NCBI GenBank assembly: GCA_000165425.1
Contig: CT868008.1
Coordinates: forward strand, 186,001-250,000
Length of the DNA stretch: 64,000 bases
Direction: 5' to 3'
From: Paramecium tetraurelia
Lineage: Eukaryota
This document shows positions 1 to 13,757 of this stretch, piece after piece. Each line of letters opens with the position of its first letter. Position 1 is the stretch's first letter. The notes beneath the pieces are model-generated. The model saw only the letters and a program-made list of their open reading frames with translations. It was not told where the DNA came from and did no database searches. The position numbers were made by a program, and so were the translations under genes.

Positions 1-22
1 GTAATATTTGTATTTATACAAG

Positions 23-208
23 GAAGCTAAAAAGTAGCAACGAAAAAATTAATATATGCAAGAGTTGAAGGAATCATTACAAATGCAATAACGAAATCAA
101 ACTGAAAAACAAGTATACTCTTCTTGGGCTCAACAGTGTATTGAAGAGTGGAAGGATAATGGCAAAAACATATTGCCAATGGTGAAAGCACTCTATTAAA
201 CTGAATGA
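23..208 (+). CDS. 3' exon of a gene entering from outside the window; coiled-coil tail, possibly a CFAP210/CCDC173-like ciliary protein
   Basis: GT..AG intron at 1-22, then a ciliate-code frame EAKKQQRKNQYMQELKESLQ...YSSWAQQCIEEWKDNGKNILPMVKALYQTE ending in TGA at 206-208. Family guess is from memory only. Confidence 0.6.
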
Positions 209-465
209 ATCAAAATTTCGATTTTATTTTATAAATCAAGTAATAGTAATTTTAGATTTATCGTTTTTAAATTCTTTAATATAAGTTCCTTGCTTGATAT
301 TTTTTAAGAAAAGAATGAGTTTTATCTTGGAAATTGTATTTAATTTTTAGTTTCCAATAATAGAAAATTTTAATTTTTAAATATAAAACTCATATATGTA
401 TATACATATTTCTTTAAGAATTTTTTGGTATAATAGAATAACATGATATATATATATTAGGTGAA

Positions 466-1182
466 TCATTGTAGAAAGTTGGTGAATTCCTGTACCTCAC
501 TTTAGCAAAGTCTAAGGAAAATGGAATTTCTTCTATTTATATAAAATATTATAATACTCTCTGCAAATATTGACAAGTAAATCGTCTCTTCTAAAGCTTA
601 GCTTTCTTCCAAAGATTTTATACAAATGTTAAAATCTTTGTAAATCATTTCTCAGATCTAGCTACAATTTGTCTAATTTGGTTAATTAATTAGATACTTG
701 GATGCAAGGGAACCATAAGTTTTTGTTCCCTGAATGTCTTCTCTACAAAATCTCGTAGTTCTTCTTTATCAATTACTTCATAGTGGGCATACTGACAATT
801 TAGACCTAATGGACAGACACCCGTGGAAAAGAAAGATCGGCAAGGTTTAGTTCGTTTATTGCCAAAGTTCTCTATTCTATGTGGCTCATGTATAAAAGAA
901 CACTTTCATTTCATTTAAATGTACCTTGTCTTTGTATTGGCAATAACCTTTTTCTTGAAAGTTCCGACAGATTTTCGTTCTTAATTATTGTCTTTTGCCA
1001 TCTGATTAATCATTTTTATCGCCTGGTGTCGCGAAGCTCTTCTTTCTTATTGTAGGTTATTTAATTAGATTCTCAGTGTCCTAGTCAGAACCATCACTGC
1101 AAGTGGAGACATACCTTTAGGAATGATCAGTGCTGTAATTTTAGAGCATTTTCTAAGGAGTTGTATTACAATGTGAAGCCAT
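466..1182 (-). CDS. Tandem CCCH zinc-finger RNA-binding protein (TIS11/tristetraprolin-like)
   Basis: KNEICRNFQEKGYCQYKDK|CSFIH and RTKPCRSFFSTGVCPLGLNCQYAH give two C-x8-C-x5-C-x3-H fingers; short introns; ATG 1182, TGA 466. Confidence 0.85.
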
Positions 1183-1289
1183 TGAATATTTAAAATATTA
1201 ATATTTGACTATTTCTAGTTTCTCTTTATTAAATGTGGCAAATGAAAAAAACTTACAAATTTAATTTTAAATAATATTATCGTTAAACT

Positions 1290-3265
1290 ATGTTAACATA
1301 GAAATTCATTTCAGATAGCCCTGCAAAAAAAAGAGATGAAAACGATGAATAGGATTACATATTTGAATAGTTAGAATAAATCAATAAACGTATATACAAT
1401 TACTAGCAATTGATCAAATAGAAGATTAATATTTTACTTGGCAATAATACTATGAAATCAATCGATTATGACAGTCTCTAAAAATAGTTGTCAGATCTAA
1501 GATTGGAAGAGCAAAAGTAATCATAAACATTAAACTTTAGTTATTCTTCCATGTAATTTGACATTGACCGATAGTAGAGTTCAGTGTTCGATTATTATGA
1601 ATCCGAATTCAATAAGTTGAAAAGTTTGTATGAAACAATTAACAAAGAGCATTAAGGATTTATTAAATAGAAATAAAATGCTAACGAACTATATTGTTAA
1701 ATGATAGAAACTAAGTAAATTTTGTAAGAAGACTTAAACACCCATCTATTACAAAGAGCGGAGTTGGTGGGTTAAAAGGAAGAATTGGAGGAATTTGTAG
1801 AATAAGTCAAGAATTAGAATGAATAATTGTTTATGATTTCTTAGATGTACTTTCTAAATGGTAAAAAATACTAAGAAAATCAAAATCAAGTAGCTACGCA
1901 GGAGAAAGAGATTAAAGTCTTGTAGCAATAAAGAGAAGAAAAGTAGAAGCAATTAGGATTATAACATTAAGCAACATTACTAGAAGTTTAATTACATTAA
2001 GCTAATTAAAAAATTAAGATTTAAAGAAATAAGATAATTCCATTGCACAAAAGTCTTAATTTATCTCATCCAGACAACTTATTCTAAGAATTTTAATAGC
2101 AAAATGATATTACATCTATTGATTAGAGCGATTTTAATACTAAATTAGCACAGTATCTCTAATCATTAAGGAATAATTTGTTCAAGAATTCAAACTAAGG
2201 TACTAATTGGGGGAGCATGAAGGAATTCATTACTTAATTAGAATAATTTATAATAGTTTCGATGCAACAAAAATTGATATAAACCTAATTGTCTGAAATG
2301 AAATTAAGTCTAAGACACCATGGGGAGGAACTGTAAATTTAGAATAAGATATAAGAGATTGATAGTTAAATGGAGATGAAAAGATTGGTGATCAAATAAT
2401 TAGAAGAGTAGTAGGAGTAATTTAAAATAAATGAGTAAATGTATTTTTTCAAACCTAAGAAAGTGCTTAAGATTAATTCCAGAGTATGGTTGAGTAGTCT
2501 GCCTTAGAAGCTTATGATATGTACAAAACATTGAATAAAGAATAGTTACAATAGATGAAAGAGCACGAGGATTATGATAGGATGTTGTTGAGCATTTAGG
2601 AAGAAATAATTTAGATAATATCGGAGAAAGAGAATGTAATTGAATAGTTGTAATTTTAGTAATAATTCATTAATGTTATGAAATTGATTGAGAAGTTTGA
2701 AACTTCGGAATAGGCAATAAATACCAATATCTTTATGGTTGATCAATAGATATTGCCTTAATTTAAATAAGTGGTTCAATAATTAAGTAAATTGAAAAGA
2801 GAGATTGAACATTTGAATCAAAATGAAAAACATTATTTGGAAAGGACAAGTAAGATAGAGTAAGAAATTCAATATATGGAATAAGAATTTAAGAAGAAAA
2901 TGGACTAATTTCAAAGACAGGAGAATGAATTAAATAATAAGATTTATGAAATAAAACAATCTATTTAAATGGTTCAGGATTAGTTGATTAATAAGATAAA
3001 ACCAAACAAAGCTTAATTGGAATAGGAAATATTGTAGATGAATAATTAACTATCCTAATTGTAAGAGTAGAAATACAATTTGGAACAGATAACATACAAT
3101 TTAAATTTAGATGGTTTGAACAAAAGTCCAAGTGGAAAAAGTATACTGTCCATTTCAAAGTCACTGAATTAATTGGCCAAGGTAAAGCTAAACATTACAC
3201 CAATCAAATAGATGAAATAATCTACTACATCAAAAACTAATTCATCATTAAAATCCATTAAATGA
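1290..3265 (+). CDS. Uncharacterised Q/E/K-rich coiled-coil protein
   Basis: Long ciliate-code frame MLTQKFISDSPAKKRDENDEQDY... to TGA 3263-3265 with heptad-like composition and short introns. Confidence 0.7.
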
Positions 3266-3276
3266 AAACTTAAAAA

Positions 3277-6200
3277 TCATTTTTCAATTAATTAAATATG
3301 ATTATCTTAAATTGGTGGTTGATCTACATGCATCGATTATTTTTTCCTTAAAGACGATCCTCTTCTCAATTCTAGAATACCTGATGGTTTTTTATCAAGA
3401 GTCTTTGATTCTGCATTTTATGTTTTTGGGCAGATCTAAACAAAATATCATTCAATTACATGTTATTCAGGAATGAGTTTGAGTATGAAACTTACAACGA
3501 GTCCAACCAATCCAATAATAAGGGAGATCACCCATTATTGAATCGTAAGTCCATAATAACTATAGCAAGAGAAAGCAAGACTACCAAAAGTTACTAAAAT
3601 TATTTGCAAGATTATTATGAAGAAAACTATCAAAACGAACATGAGACTTAAATAGAATAATATATATTACTTGTTGCACATGTTGGCAAAAACATTGATC
3701 TCATCATTTAACTTTCTGCTATTAATGAAATTGAAAACTTGCATAAAAACAAAAGCATTGAAAATAAAGGTGTAATGACGAGATGGCACTCTGAACTCAT
3801 TAAAAATATCTTCAAAATCATTCTCACTAGTAACAGTCAAGAATCTTCCGCTTCTTATTTTTAAAGATTCAGGATAATAGTCTGTATTGTATTTAGGGTG
3901 ATAAAGAGAGGATTGTTCAAAAACAAAATCTGAATCTTCTTCGATTTTTTCCTATATTCTGTCTCTAATGACATCATCATAGTCATCAGCATATTCAGGT
4001 ATGAATTCTTAGGCTAGAAACACAAGAACAAGGATGACAGCCAGTTGATAAATGGCCTATCCAATAATATGTTTAATCATCTTATTTGTAACAATGGATT
4101 CAGATCTTGAATATGGACGATCTTTCAGGAGGATTTCGGAAGGTGGTTCAGTAGCCAAAGCAAGAGAAGCAAAGGAGTCCATAATCAGATTGACCCACAA
4201 CATTTAAATAGGTTTAAGTACATCTTACTTTAATAGAGCAGAGGAGATCAAAGTGAATCCCACTGCAACAACATTGACAGTCAATTGAAATTACAAGAAT
4301 TTTCTTATGGATTGGAATATATTTCTACCCCACATGACAGCCTTAACAATATCACTAAAATTGTCCTCCATTAAGATAATGGCAGAAGCATCTTTGGCAA
4401 CTTATGTTCCTGCTTTACCCATAGCAAAACCGACATCTGCTTTCTTTAAGGCTGGTGCATCATTAGTACCATCTCCTGTAACTGCCACAATATGTTCACA
4501 CTCTTTCAATCCTATGATCATAGCATATTTATCAGTAGGTCTAGATCTTGCCATAACAGCAATTTAAGGATAGATCTATCTAAATCTGGACATATTGCCC
4601 AAGGTATCCACTCTTAAAGAAGTGCCATTCTTTTCAGCTTCATTGGATGATTTAGCACATTTACACAGTTCAGTAGTACAATTCTTGCAAACAACTCCTC
4701 CAACTTCTTTCATGAATTCAGCTCCCTCTATTACAATGGCTTGACCGTCTCCCTATTCAATAATTCCACAATTCATAGCAATGGCTCTTGCAGTCTCTGA
4801 GTTGTCTCCTGTAACCATTCTCACTTTAATTCCTGCCTATTTGCATTTAGTAACAGCATCCTTAACTCCTTCTCTGAGATTATCCATTATACCAAACAAT
4901 CCTAGAAATGTAAGATCTTAAGTCTCTATATCATACACTTTTCCATTCATTTTCTATAAGTCTTCATCCCCTCTCAAATCTAAGTAAGCAACACAGATTA
5001 TTCTTAAAGATTATTTAGCCATCTAACTGATTATTCTCTCAATCTCTTATATATCCTTAACTCCCAATTTTAATTTCTAATCATCATAAGTATGCATGTG
5101 TGTTAAACTCTACACTATGATCTCAGATGCTCCTTTTATATATAATCTTTTGACTGGTAATCCATTGTGTTTAGTATCCACTATGACACTCATTCTTTTT
5201 CTGGCTGAACTGAATGGGTTTTTCTTAATAAAATTTACCTACTCTCTCATTCTTCTATAGTCTATTCTTGCCTTTTGCAAATATTCTAGTATAGCTATTT
5301 CAGTCTTTGATCCTGATTCAGGTGTCAATTCAGCTGATGAATTACAACATAATGCTTCTAAAAATAGATTTTCCATTGATTTTGATACCAACTAACTCAA
5401 ATTCTATTCTTTAGCCAAATAATCAATTTCATAAAACTGCTTATTCCAAATTTTTGTTAAGACCATCTTATTCATTGTCAATGTTCCTGTCTTATCAGAA
5501 CAAATGGAATCTGCTCCCCCCATAGTTTCACAAGCATACATTTTCCTGACTAAATTCTTATCATCCATCATCTTCTGAACAGAATAAGCCAAAGAAATTG
5601 TAACTGACAAAGGCAATCCCTCAGGAATAGCGACTGTAAGAACCACAATGCACAATGGAGAGAATGATGAAATTCAATATCTCCATCCAATGTTTGCTAT
5701 GATCCCATTCATTGGCTATACCTCTCTCTATTGCGAAACGAATCATTAGGACAAAGAATATCAGAACGGCTGAGATCAATCCAAACTTACCAATGTCTTC
5801 TGCTATCATAGTCAATTTTACTTATAAAGGAGTTTCTAGTAAATTAATTAAATTATTATTATACCTTCTTCTTCCTCTTATTCTAAAGATGCTTTAATTT
5901 AACCCAAACAGGAGAGATCTCCAACCACACAAATTAAAAATAATCCTTCTCCCTCTAATACTCTAGTACCGGATAGTAATGCAGGAGATGGTATTTTAAA
6001 TCTATCTTATTCACCGAATTGAACTCCTTCATCCTGCAATTCCTATTTCTACTTTAGACATTAATTTATTGTCCCTTTTGTAATTGAATGTGTTTCTCCA
6101 GTCATTGAGGATTCATCCACTTTTACATCAGAAGCATCAAGTAGTACTCCATCTGCTGGAATTTCCATTCCCTCTATTAGTTTACAAATATCCCCCACCA

Positions 6201-6831
6201 ACACTTACTCTTCATGAATTTGAATCAATTGCTTGTTTCTAATAACTGCCACTATTTTTGATTTTTCACTGGCAGCATTGAGCTTTCTAAATTACTTCTC
6301 TTTTGAATAGTCATTCATAGCAGCAACATTAGTACAAACCAATACTGCAACAAATATAGCAAAACCCTCAATCCAGGCTAAATGGCGATGTTCATTATCT
6401 GCAGTAGCTACCTCTATCACAATACTGGCTATTGATGCTATTAATAAAACTCGCATTGTAAAATCTTCTAACGCATTCCATAACAATTCACAATATGTTT
6501 ATGGAGGTCTCACTATTCTTTTGTTATGTCCATAAACTTGTATTCTTTAATCTTGGTCGTCATTTATTCCATCCTTTATAGATGTATGTAAACCATCAAT
6601 TAACCAATCTAAATTAATGAATCATGATATTGGGTTACCTATGCCTCCTTGTTGTACCAAGTAATCTAACTCTTCGCAAGTGCTTCTTCTTGTGTTTAGA
6701 TGAAATATTTGTTATAATTGTTGAGGAGTTATTTTAAATGGTCCCAAATCTAGTTGTTCTTAAACTGCAAGTGGCCTAACATCATCCGCTTAATCTCTAT
6801 GTGACAAAGCACTTTTATTTGGAGATTACAT
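3277..6831 (-). CDS. PMCA: Plasma-membrane Ca2+-transporting P2B ATPase (PMCA); frameshifted as assembled
   Basis: Motifs [28 protein letters not shown] (phospho-Asp), [41 protein letters not shown]-terminal [18 protein letters not shown] basic segment; introns at about 6609-6638 and 5836-5864; 7-bp duplication at 5644-5657. Confidence 0.95.
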
Positions 6832-6847
6832 ATAATTAATTATATTA

Positions 6848-9302
6848 TCAATTCAATTCAACTTTGTTGTTAATAGTCAATGAATCTGAGAACACATTTT
6901 CTTCGCTTGATTGGGTGGGCACAAACTATTTCGATAGAGTAAATTAGACAACAGTACCCTTGATTCCATTTTTGGTTTTCATATAATTGATGATCTCCAA
7001 AGGTTTCCTTGGGTCATGAGAGAGGTTTTTTAGGATCTTCTAACATGCCTATAATCCTAATTTACAATCCTAGGTCCTATTTTTGAGCATTTCTTAATTA
7101 ATCCCTCCACCATTATCAGTTATTTCTACTGTTATTTTCTCGTCGTCTGCCCAAGACTTGATTATGATCGTATTTTAGACCTTTAATTCTTAGTGAATGG
7201 TTTCTTACTTTTATTCAATTCTCATTTATTGCAGAAACTCTGATTTCCCTTTCGAAATGTTATAATCAAAACATTAAATTGAATTCTTAATTATATTGAT
7301 AAGCAATTGTTTAACTCTTCTTTTGTCTGAAGTCAATTCCATCTCGTTCTCATTTTTCAATACTTGAGATATCATAATATTATGTTTAACTACACAACTA
7401 TCATCCTTAAACAAATCCTTCACTATGTTCAAACTGGTACTAAAATTAAATCTATCTGTTTTGTATTCACTTAATGAAAATAACTCAAAAAAATTAAAAT
7501 TATTCTGTTCCATCTATAGCACATTGAATTACCATTTCTCTATTTGCTTCGTTAATTCATACGGTTATGAAATAGTGTGCAATTTTTAAATCTACTCCTC
7601 CTAAATATCATGTTGTTAACTTAAAGAAGAGGTCACTCTTTGAAATGCAGATTAAACAGGTGATTAAATAGGTATGCTTAGTTTTTATGACAGTTTCATT
7701 TCACCTATCTATTTTTCAGACTTTATAAATGCATCACCGTCGCAGAAAGATAAAGTAATGAAGTTATTTTGCTTTATCTTATCAAATTCTCTTTTAGTTT
7801 ATTATAATACATTACTTTTATCGCTAATCTAAAACCTTTTTTATTTGCACTATTTATTATAATATCTGAGATACATCATCAGCTACTCTGTTTATATATT
7901 TATAAAATACAATCCTCTATTGTTCAGTTTTCTCTAAACTAGTTTTAATCTTTGTTATTTATTTGTCAATATTTCTCAGTACCAAAATTATAATCTATTT
8001 CTTATTGTCAAATTCATCATCCATCAAAAATATCGAAGCACTCATTTCAATCCTTATCTAATTGGTCTGAAAATAACAACCTAAAGTAGTCTTATTAAAT
8101 AAAACTGAATTCGATCCTTGCATATCACCATGTTGTTAAAAGGCTGACAATCCAGAAAGTTCATGAATTTGATCTTTATTGTTAAATGTGCCTTTGCCTT
8201 CATTCTAGGGTGATATTATTGATATTTGATCCTCCTGCATCCCCTAAATCCCATCCATACCATATCTATATTATTTTTACTTTGCCTATTCCAATTTTGA
8301 AGCTGAACTATCAGAAAAGAAGTTTTTTTCTAACCAACTCTATAATGAGTTTGTCTCCACAATTTCTGACCAGAGATTAATTGATTGCTATAAATTAGTA
8401 GATTAACTTGTAATCATCAAATTTTGAAATAGCTGTTAAATCGATATTTTATAATCTCCTAAAGATTTTCTTAATGCATAATTTTATTCGCAAGAATTTA
8501 AACTTTCTAATATTGAATACCTATTCAAATCTATTTTGCATATCCACTCATCTGTTTATTATTAGTATTATTCCCAGTTTGATTTTTGTTATTACTATTA
8601 CTACTACATTTAAAATATGGTTGTTTGACATTTCTTAATTTCAAATTAATTATGCTTCAAATCTGTTTGAAATTCTTCTTACTTTGTAGTAGTTTAATTT
8701 TAAATATCTATATTATCATTTACACCTAAGATTATTGTAAGAATAATGAAGATTGAAATGTGAGCATTGTTATATTCCCTCAATTCTTTCATTAAATTGA
8801 TGATAGTCAACACGAATATCACTAGAACCTAAACAATGGTTTTAGATTTCCAATAGTACTTTTTCTTGTCATTAACATTTAATTTGTTCGTGTAAATTCC
8901 ATTTAATAATCCAAATAAAAAGAATACAAATTCTCCTTAATTAATTCCAAAGAGAAATACTCTCTTCATAAACAGTGCCCAAAAAAAAAAGGAAGATAAA
9001 TCACCTATTTTAATTAAGTTGCCTTACCTTTATTCCAATGAAAGTATGAAGTTATGTGTATTAATGAGAATATAATCCCACAAGGGATAAAAACTAGATC
9101 CCAAATCAGAGTCCCCTAAATATTACATAAGAGTTGTTCCAATACTGCAAAGAGTGAAGAGATTGTAATATTTAAAATCAGGCGTAAATATTCTCTTGCC
9201 TTGGATTACTATTCAAGCATAATATTTAATTACTTTATTATTAATTTAAACTAAATCACAAATTAAATCGGAATGTAGATTTTGAAATTTTTTGTACTTC
9301 AT
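6848..9302 (-). CDS. Multi-pass membrane protein with degenerate C-terminal HATPase_c (histidine-kinase-like) domain
   Basis: N-terminal hydrophobic helices; TSDKRRVKQLLINIIKNSI (N box), VEITDNGGGI (G1 box), CKLGL (eroded G2), GTVVQFTL; no recognisable H-box His and no receiver domain. Confidence 0.75.
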
Positions 9303-10433
9303 ATTTTAAATATTTTAATTCCATTCAATTTTTTGATTTGTATCATCTTTTACTTTATAGTGTCAATATAAGAAATGGCCATCAATTTTTAAGATTTCAA
9401 TCTTAATATAAAATGCTAAATAGAGTTATATAATTAAAATGAGATATTATAGCATAAGTATATGTTTATAATAATTTCAAATTAATTTAATTAATAGAAT
9501 GTATTAGCAACAAATGATGAATATTGTAGCCACCATTAATAATTGAATATTTTTATGATTTATTAAATTCAAGCAACGATAGATTTATTAAAGTAAATTG
9601 CCTTGAAGAAATCAAAAAATTACTAATGAATATATTTAACATTTTTAATTAATGAATTCACAAGAAAATAATTACATTTCAATACCCATTTTCTTAAAAC
9701 ATATGAGTAACATTTTTATCTAAATCAAAAGACACATTGCTTTTCTTTTTGCTAGGATTCCTTATATAATTATTGACTGTAGTAAATTTTGTATTAAAAA
9801 TAGTATTATGAAAAGTATGCTTAAGAAGTTCCTTCTCAGAGTTGTCAAATGTATTCATCATGTCTTAATATGAGAAAGCCAATTTTTTCCATACTTTATC
9901 CTTGTTTGAATTCAGAAACAAATTACCTTAATAGTTTCTTTTTTTCCATCATCCTTCAAAAGAAAATAGATTGCAAAGCAAATTAACACAACTATCAGAA
10001 AATATTTTGGCTCAAAAAAGCTTAAGTCTTCATTATCATTCCGTAAAACCTATTGTGTCTCCATTCTAAAAAATTATTTATAATTATAATTTTTGTTTTA
10101 CAATATAATTAGGAGTAAATTAAGGACATAAAATCACAAACATAACAACTTATCAATTAGAACACATAGTTATTATTAATAAGCTTTGAATATCATTCAT
10201 TTTCAAAGAGTTTTCGATTCAAAATAAATATGAATAATTGCAAATGGTATTTGTTTCTTATTGATCACGTTAAAATTAAACTATTCTACAGTATTATTGG
10301 CTTTATTGGCAGAGAATGTCAAGTTGATTTTGATCATCATAACTTTCTTGGGCCTTCCAAAGTATTGAATAATATTAATTTATATGTTGGTTTATGTTTA
10401 ATTTATAATATATTATTGAAAATAAAAACGGAA

Positions 10434-11554
10434 ATGAGACTGCTTATAGGATTAGCTTTCATTACAATTATCTTTTGCTAGTAATAACATAAATTCAATC
10501 CTGAATTTTTAAATTTGATAAGCACTGGAACTGGATTAGGGACTGCAAGAGATGCTATTTAAGCAGTATTGCAATTATTGGAGGACCTTAAAAATGCTAA
10601 TGAAGAATTAGATAGAAAAGTATGAGATCTTTACAACTAGAGAATAGGCAGACAAAGCATTCTAAGAATATGAAGGTGGTGTATTGAATGATTGTGCAGC
10701 GTTTACTGGTATTATGAAGGAGAATAATGAATCTTTGCAAAAGAATTCAGAAGACTTAGAAGCAGTAGATGATAAAATTGCTTAAACTACAGATTATTTG
10801 AATTGGAATGAGAAGAGAAGAAAGTCAAACGATATGAAATTAGAAGATCTGGCTGAATAGAGATGTGAAGCCAATTCATTATTTATTGATGCATTAAGAG
10901 ATTATAGAGAGGCATTAAATGTTTTAGAGTGGGTTAATGGGGATCTTCAACTCAAAGAATAAAATGCATTCATATAAAAGGAGGAGGCTTAAGAATATAC
11001 TTCTAAGTTGTCACTCTACACTAATATGATAGACCACAAAGAAGTGTTTTCTTAAGTAGGTATAATTTCTATATGATTCTAGAGGTTTCATAAGAGGATC
11101 AAGCAGCTTAAGTGGTTTCAGAAATTGTAGGAAAAGTTCAAGGATTGATTTCTAAAATATAAGAACATATTAAAACATTAGAAGAACAAGAGATTACATC
11201 AGCTAATGATTTTGTAGATTATAGGAGAAATCTATTAAATGAACAGGTGCTGTTAAAATAAGAATATGATAGCAGATTAAAATTTTTAAATAGTCTAGAA
11301 GATGACAAGGAATTAGCCCAAGATGTTGTAAGTTAATGCGAGAAAATATTAGGAAATACATAAAGAATCTTACAATAAACTTAAAGTAATCAATTAGTTT
11401 TCTATTCTTAGATGCTTATAACTAATAAAAGGCGAAATATGTGATGGAAAAATAAAAGAGACACGAAGAAAACTAGATTATCATTGAAATTATGATGCTT
11501 TATCATTAAAAAATAGCTTAGGCAGAGGAATTTTTGTAAAAAAAAGGAGTTTGA
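10434..11554 (+). CDS. Trichocyst matrix protein (TMP/GRL family) precursor
   Basis: Signal peptide MRLLIGLAFITIIFC, acidic coiled coils, AIQAVLQLLEDLKNAN and QRCEANSLFIDALRDYREALNVLEWV typical of ciliate secretory-granule lattice proteins; 3 short introns. Confidence 0.75.
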
Positions 11555-11836
11555 TTATATCAATACTCTTTATATCTACATTAACTCAAAATTTAATCGA
11601 TATTATCATACATTTATAATACATTTTTAATGATTCAAAATTTTGGGTATTTCTAGAAATGAATAGTTTCTAATTATATCATTTCAAGAATCCATAAAGA
11701 ATCTCTTTTATTATTTTGTAAAGCATATCGAGAGCATAGAATCTTTTCATTAAGATATGGGAAAAGTAATCTTATAATATAGATTGAAAACTACTTATTC
11801 AATATTATAATTTATCAAATTTTAATAAAAATTATA

Positions 11837-12536
11837 ATGGAAGAATTATTCAAGAAAATAGTAAATCCTAATAATCCTAAAATATTGGCAGTTGGGAAAA
11901 ATTATGTGAAGCATGTTCAGGAAATGGGAGGAGAAGAGCCACCTAAAGAACCTATCATTTTTCAAAAACCATTTACTTCAATTATTTTGGTTGATAAGCC
12001 ACAAGTATTAAAGTTACCTCAACTTGGCCATGAGATACATCATGAAATAGAAGTATTGATTTACACTATTTATATTATAGCTTGGCTTCATGATTAGTAA
12101 ATAAGGGAAGAACATTAAGAAAGAGGATTGGTTAGATTACGTAGGAGGATATTTCCTTGCTTTGGATTTGACAGATAGAGAACTACAGGCTCATTTTAAA
12201 AAGTAAGGATTTCCTTGGGACCTATCTAAAGGACAAGATCTCTTCTTTCCGATTAGCAATCTGATTGGAAAGGAAAAGATTGAAGATCCTTATAATTTAA
12301 CTTTAGAATTGAGAATTAATGATAAAATTGTACAACAGGATAAAACAAGTTCTATGTATTACAAGATTGCTGATTTAATTTGTTATATTTCATAATTCAT
12401 GACTTTGAATCCAGGTGATTTGGTACTAACAGGAACTCCTCATGGAGTTGGACCATTAAAGTAAAATGATCAATTAAATGGAATAATAAAATAAGATGAT
12501 TCAATATTGGCTAGAATAGATTTGTAGATTTAATGA
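11837..12536 (+). CDS. FAHD1: Fumarylacetoacetate hydrolase domain protein (acylpyruvase/oxaloacetate decarboxylase)
   Basis: KILAVGKNYVKH, PIIFQKP, IHHEIE|LG, LALDLTDRELQ, PWDLSKGQD, MTLNPGDLVLTGTPHGVG; intron 12053-12080. Confidence 0.92.
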
Positions 12537-12575
12537 TTGGTATAGATCTTATGCAATATATTTGATTTGATATTT

Positions 12576-13757
12576 TCATTTATTTGGTGTTTCTAAGTTT
12601 TTATAGACATTGTTAAATCTCCAATTATGATAATAATGAGCAGGAGAATAGTCTGAATAGATATGATTTGGGTCTTTCTTTGAATAAATAATTGAAGGAA
12701 CAAATTCTTTTCCAACATCAGTTCTATCTTTTAATAACAAATGAACTCCATCATACATAGACAAAAATCTAAATAGCAATTTTTAATTACTTTGTGAATC
12801 TACTAGCAAAGACAAAAGACTGACTATCAAATTCATAAATCCAATGATTTAATGTATTGTTATCTCCTTAAACAGAATGAATATCATGACCAAATCCTCT
12901 CACTTATGGACAGACTTTCAACATAGGTAGAGTATTTGTTCCAAGATGGACCCATCTAGAGAATTCAGGAAATGCAAAGTGAGCTCTGCCTGTAAAGAGA
13001 CCTGCTTTAACTGGCCAGAAGGCTATGGAATCAGCTTTATTAAATGAAACATTATCATTTAAGAATTTTAGTGCAAACTTCCAATCCCATTAACCAGATG
13101 GCAATTTAATAAGATTATCACTGAAAATTGATCTCCATTTTGGACACTAAATAATTCAATTTGAATACATCAATATTGTCTTTTAAATAAGTTTCAATCT
13201 ATGATTTGGTTGATTCTTTGGTATTTATTTATGATAGCTTTGCAATGTAGCCTCTGAATTCTGTGAATGCTTCGTGATATCTTTAATCCATAGGAGAATA
13301 ATCTATGCAAAATACACCAGTTGTTCTCTCTGGGTGATAACATCCTGCTGCCAAAGCTACCTTAGCTCCAAATCCATGTCCACTTAATGTAGCCATGGTA
13401 ATTTTGTTATAGTACATATATCTGATAACATCATTTGCTAAATCTTGAACATCAAATGAATAATGTTTATCTGATGTACCAAAATTTCTGGGACTCAAAA
13501 TATGCACATTTCTGTAATCCAGGATCTAAGTATTTTATTTAGAATTCTACTTTGTTGTTCGGATCACTGAAGAATGGTATCCAATTTTCAACAGGATCAC
13601 ATGCTTCTGTGAAGAACAGCAAATTAGGTAAATCATTATATCTACCTTTAATTGTCACTCCTCTCAAAACAACATTTTCAGAGACATTCTAATATTCACT
13701 AACTCCTTTGTGAAATTAAAGCGTGCTAAATTTCCAAAGCTATCTAAACCTATACAT
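12576..13757 (-). CDS. ATPTT3: Mitochondrial alpha/beta-hydrolase-fold protein, probable ATP synthase peripheral subunit ATPTT3 orthologue
   Basis: Mitochondrial-like presequence; VLRGVTIKGRYN..LLFFTEACDPVENWIPFF, HILSPRNFGTSD, LSGHGFGAKVAL, HIYSDYSPAHYYHNWRFN. Closely matches my recollection of Tetrahymena ATPTT3; ABHD11-like fold. Confidence 0.7.
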
